Notes under the pieces: model-generated
What the model was told of the DNA's origin: nothing
What the model saw: the letters and a program-made list of their open reading frames with translations, nothing else
Database searches by the model: none
Part shown: piece by piece, positions 60,920 through 64,000 of the stretch
Layout of the letters: each line of letters begins with the position of its first letter
Position numbering within the stretch: position 1 is the stretch's first letter
Program-made: the position numbers and the translations under genes
From: Podarcis melisellensis
Taxonomy: Eukaryota
Length of the DNA: 64,000 bases
Direction: 5' to 3' (one strand)
NCBI GenBank assembly: GCA_964234715.1
Contig: OZ174291.1

Positions 60920-62146
60920 GGCTGAAACGCAAACCATGGTTTAGCTTAGCATTAGGTCTGAACCAAGGTCTTTGGTTTGTTTCCTCCAAACAAACCATGA
61001 GTGGTAAGCCAAGTACAAACCTTGGTGACAGCATGTGGTGATCAAGAGACAATAACTGAAAAGATGTTATCATTATCATTATCATCATGAATGTATATCC
61101 CACCCTTCCTACCAACAGACCAGGAGTGGGGAACCTTTTTCAACTCAAGGGCTATGTTCTCTCATCGACATATTTCCAGGGGCCTGGTGACAATGGTGGG
61201 CGGAGCAGGGGCCAAAGTGGGTGGAGCAACAAATGTGACTCTTACCTTTGTACTCCAGGCTACCCTGCAATCACCACCACCACCACCATCATCATCATCA
61301 CCTGCACACATCTCCATCTGGGCAAGCTATAGAAGCATTAGCTCAGTTCAAGAACACATTTCAACCAGAGGGAAAAAGCTCAAGAAGGGCTGGGAGCAGA
61401 GGCAATGAGGGGTGTTGTCGTTGGTGGGGGAGCGTTCTGGGGGCCAGACAGGTCTGAAGAGCCGGATTCTCCTCCCCCCCCCCAAATTTCCCAGACCTGC
61501 GCTAGAGAAACATCAAGTGCATAAAAGAACTTAACCTTAACTCTTTGGGATGCGAAAAATGTCAAAAGGGGTGGGGAGGAGAGAGCTCTGACCCTGGGGT
61601 CCCAGGTGGGCGGGAGGGGGCTTCCGCAGATGATCCCCACGCAGCTGTAAACCGGATATCTTCCCAAAGTGTATAGACCCACGCTTAAGGTTGAACGTGC
61701 AGCCCGATCCCTGTGCATGCCTCATCAGAAGCAAGCCTGGCTTACTTCCAGGTAAGCGTGCGTGTAGAAGAGATTGCCGCTTTAGTCTCGGCGGTGTTTG
61801 CTCATAAAAAAGAAATCATAGAATCGCAGAGCTGAAAGGGACCCCGGGGGCCATCTAGTCTAACCCCCTGCAATGCAGGAATCCTGCCCACAGCCGTCTC
61901 TAGGTGGGCTCGAACCACCAACCTTCGGGTTAGCTTTGCGCCACAAGAGCCCCGTGTGCCAGAAAGACCTGTGATACAGCTTTTTGGGGCGGTGGATTGG
62001 GCTCTTCCTCCTTCTTTCTACCCGCCCTCCCCATTAGCTAGCAGGGCATCAGAGGTGTAGGTTTGGATCTTGACAGTCACCCACCTTCAGAGGAACGAAA
62101 TTTTTAAAAATTGGCTTTTTACAGGGTATTGGTCCCAGATGGGCGG

Positions 62147-62148
<2 letters not shown>

Positions 62149-62179
<31 letters not shown>
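62149..62179. repeat. (TAA)n microsatellite
   Basis: Direct reading. Confidence 0.9.
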
Positions 62180-62199
62180 TCGGCTATAAGCCTCGCTGT

Positions 62200-62668
62200 T
62201 TAAGGGTGCATTGGGCTGCGCGCACACACACACGAGCCCAGCCTTGTCTTTGGAGCTCCTCGCGGGCACAGCGGGTGGGGAATTGGGCTGGCATCTGCCT
62301 CAACCTCGTGCTTCCTTTTCCTTTAAGTGGGAGGGGAAGAGGGCGCGAGCGGAGGATTCCCCTCTCTTCCTTCTGCATCAGGGCGACGGAGTGTGTGTCC
62401 TGCTCGTTCGTCCTGGCCGCCGCCGCCGGGCTCCTTTCCACCCTGCCTCTTCTTTTGGAATAAGCTGCTGCAGTTCCCAGCCCTGCATTGCTGCCCCACT
62501 GCAACACTCGCTCGCTCCGAGAGCTGGGAAGGAAAAGTTCTCTCTCCTCCATCCACCGGAGCCTCTATAGCGCAGGCAAGAAGCCGGGCATTTATTTCAT
62601 TTTGCAACGTTTGTTTTATTCTAGTTCAAACTACAGATTCCTTCTTTTTTCTTTCTCCAGTAAAACTG
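62200..62668 (+). promoter_or_regulatory. CpG-rich promoter/first-exon region of a + strand gene, probably SYT12 by synteny
   Basis: CpG-rich patch with a (GCC)n run, GC box GGGCGGGG at 62141-62148, and a strong donor CTG|GTGAGT at 62668/62669. No coding sequence recognised; identity is inference. Confidence 0.5.
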
Positions 62669-64000
62669 GTGAGTAATGAAAGTAATATTTAAAAAAATAA
62701 TAATATTAAGTGATTTGCAATTTGATTCCCCCCCCCCAATGCAACATTAGCAGGTTTTGGGAGGGGGTCTTCCCCAAAGCTGGTGGGGGCAGCATGTGGG
62801 GCAGGGGGCTTCCCCACCAGTGAAAAGCTCTTTCAAATGACATAGGGGTTCCTTATCTCAGAAACAACTCCCCCCTTTAATCAACCCCTCTACAATCTTT
62901 ATTTTAAAGGTTGTATATTGTACATTTGTCACAACCAAAATATAGGACTGCAGGATTCAGCATAAAAATCAGGTGTGTCTCTTAATTTTATAGTGAGGAT
63001 TGGGGGAAGTTGGTGGGGTGCCGGGTTTGCCAACGTTGAGACAAACTGATGCAGTGAAAAAAAAAATCCCTCAAACTTCTGTGACTGCAGTTCTGGCTTG
63101 TTTGCAGATCATTCATTTTCCAGAAGGGCATAACCTTGATTTGGGTGGATTATTGCACTGCCTTAAAACAGCAGCGTGGAAGTCTTTACAGTCAGTCAGT
63201 TTATCTTTCAGGGCTCAGGGCTCCATTGGTCCTCTTTACTCCCCCATTTCCAAATCCGAATCCCTGCCTGAAACACAGGAAGGATTTGAGTGCTCCCCTA
63301 GGTATTAATTGGCTGGCTGGATCAGGCAAAGGGCCCATCAACCCAGTATCTTGTTTCCAGCAGTGCCAAGCAAGAAGCTTCTTCTGGAAACTGTCCCAAT
63401 CAGGGCAGGAAAGTGTTGGTCCTTCCCTGTCCTTGTCTGATGCATCTGGTGGGTACTCAAAGTTATACTGCTCTTAACATGGAGGTTCTACATTACTATC
63501 CTGTGCTTCATTTTCTCTCACTAAAACTGGTAGGCTTTTAAAGTTTCTGTTGCCAAGTGTAGCCGAACTTTGGCCCTTTGTGTATTAAGCTTCTATGGCT
63601 GCATTTTAAGGCCACCATGTGAAATTAATATTTCAAAAACTAGCCAAACTAAATAGATTTTAATACAAATTCCACCTCCCAAACCCTGGACTCCCCAATC
63701 CAGAATAGTCTATGTTGGAAAAATTAAGTTAGGATGTTGCTAGTGAGTCTTATTATTATTATTTTTACGTTTATCCTACATTTTGTACAAGGAGCTCAGT
63801 GCTTAGTCCATCTGCTGAGCACTCATTTTATCTTCACAACAATCCTGTGATATTGCCCAGGGTCACCCTGTGAGATTCCTGGCAGGGTAGAGGTTTGAAC
63901 CAAGATCAGCTGTATTCTTGGAAGCAAAGCCCACTGTGTTCAATGGGGTTTAGTCCCTGGTGTGTTTGCAACAGCTGCTTGGGTCTATCTTCTGTATATG

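Noticed and set aside
61745-61760. Donor-like CAG|GTAAGC
   Set aside because: Part of a short palindromic gcttac...gtaagc motif that I recall as a common lizard repeat; no supporting exon.
1-64000. CRISPR arrays, operons or other prokaryotic systems
   Set aside because: The sequence is eukaryotic; the repeats are dispersed transposon copies and microsatellites, not repeat-spacer arrays.

Overview
This is vertebrate genomic DNA, very probably from a lacertid lizard (Podarcis/Lacerta/Zootoca type), judged from Sauria SINEs and a dense CR1/L2/RTE/Penelope/hAT repeat landscape. Almost all ORFs in the supplied track are noise or retroelement fragments. One protein-coding gene can be rebuilt by eye: a two-exon orthologue of C11orf86/FACI on the + strand (CDS 49378-49737 joined to 51647-51769, 160 aa), retaining the RRxxSLR motifs, the DxxxLI dileucine motif and the C-terminal W/F-containing helix. 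A CpG island at about 46560-47350 has five same-orientation CCAAT boxes, GC boxes, a perfect CRE, E-boxes and a minus-strand first-exon donor. By mammalian gene order (PC, C11orf86, SYT12) it is most likely the pyruvate carboxylase distal promoter, which would make 1-46713 the long PC 5'-UTR intronic region. A second CpG-rich first-exon candidate at about 62200-62668 (+) would then belong to SYT12. Both assignments rest on synteny only; I found no PC or SYT12 coding exon in the window. The points most worth follow-up are the head-to-head PC/FACI regulatory interval (HNF4/PPAR DR1, GATA and CREB3-type motifs), a NAGNAG acceptor that is also a donor-like site, a diverged duplicated module carrying an ARE/AP-1 site, candidate non-coding exons including a possible 8-nt microexon, and several nested transposon insertions with clean target-site duplications. 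I do not see evidence for a wholly new multi-gene system.
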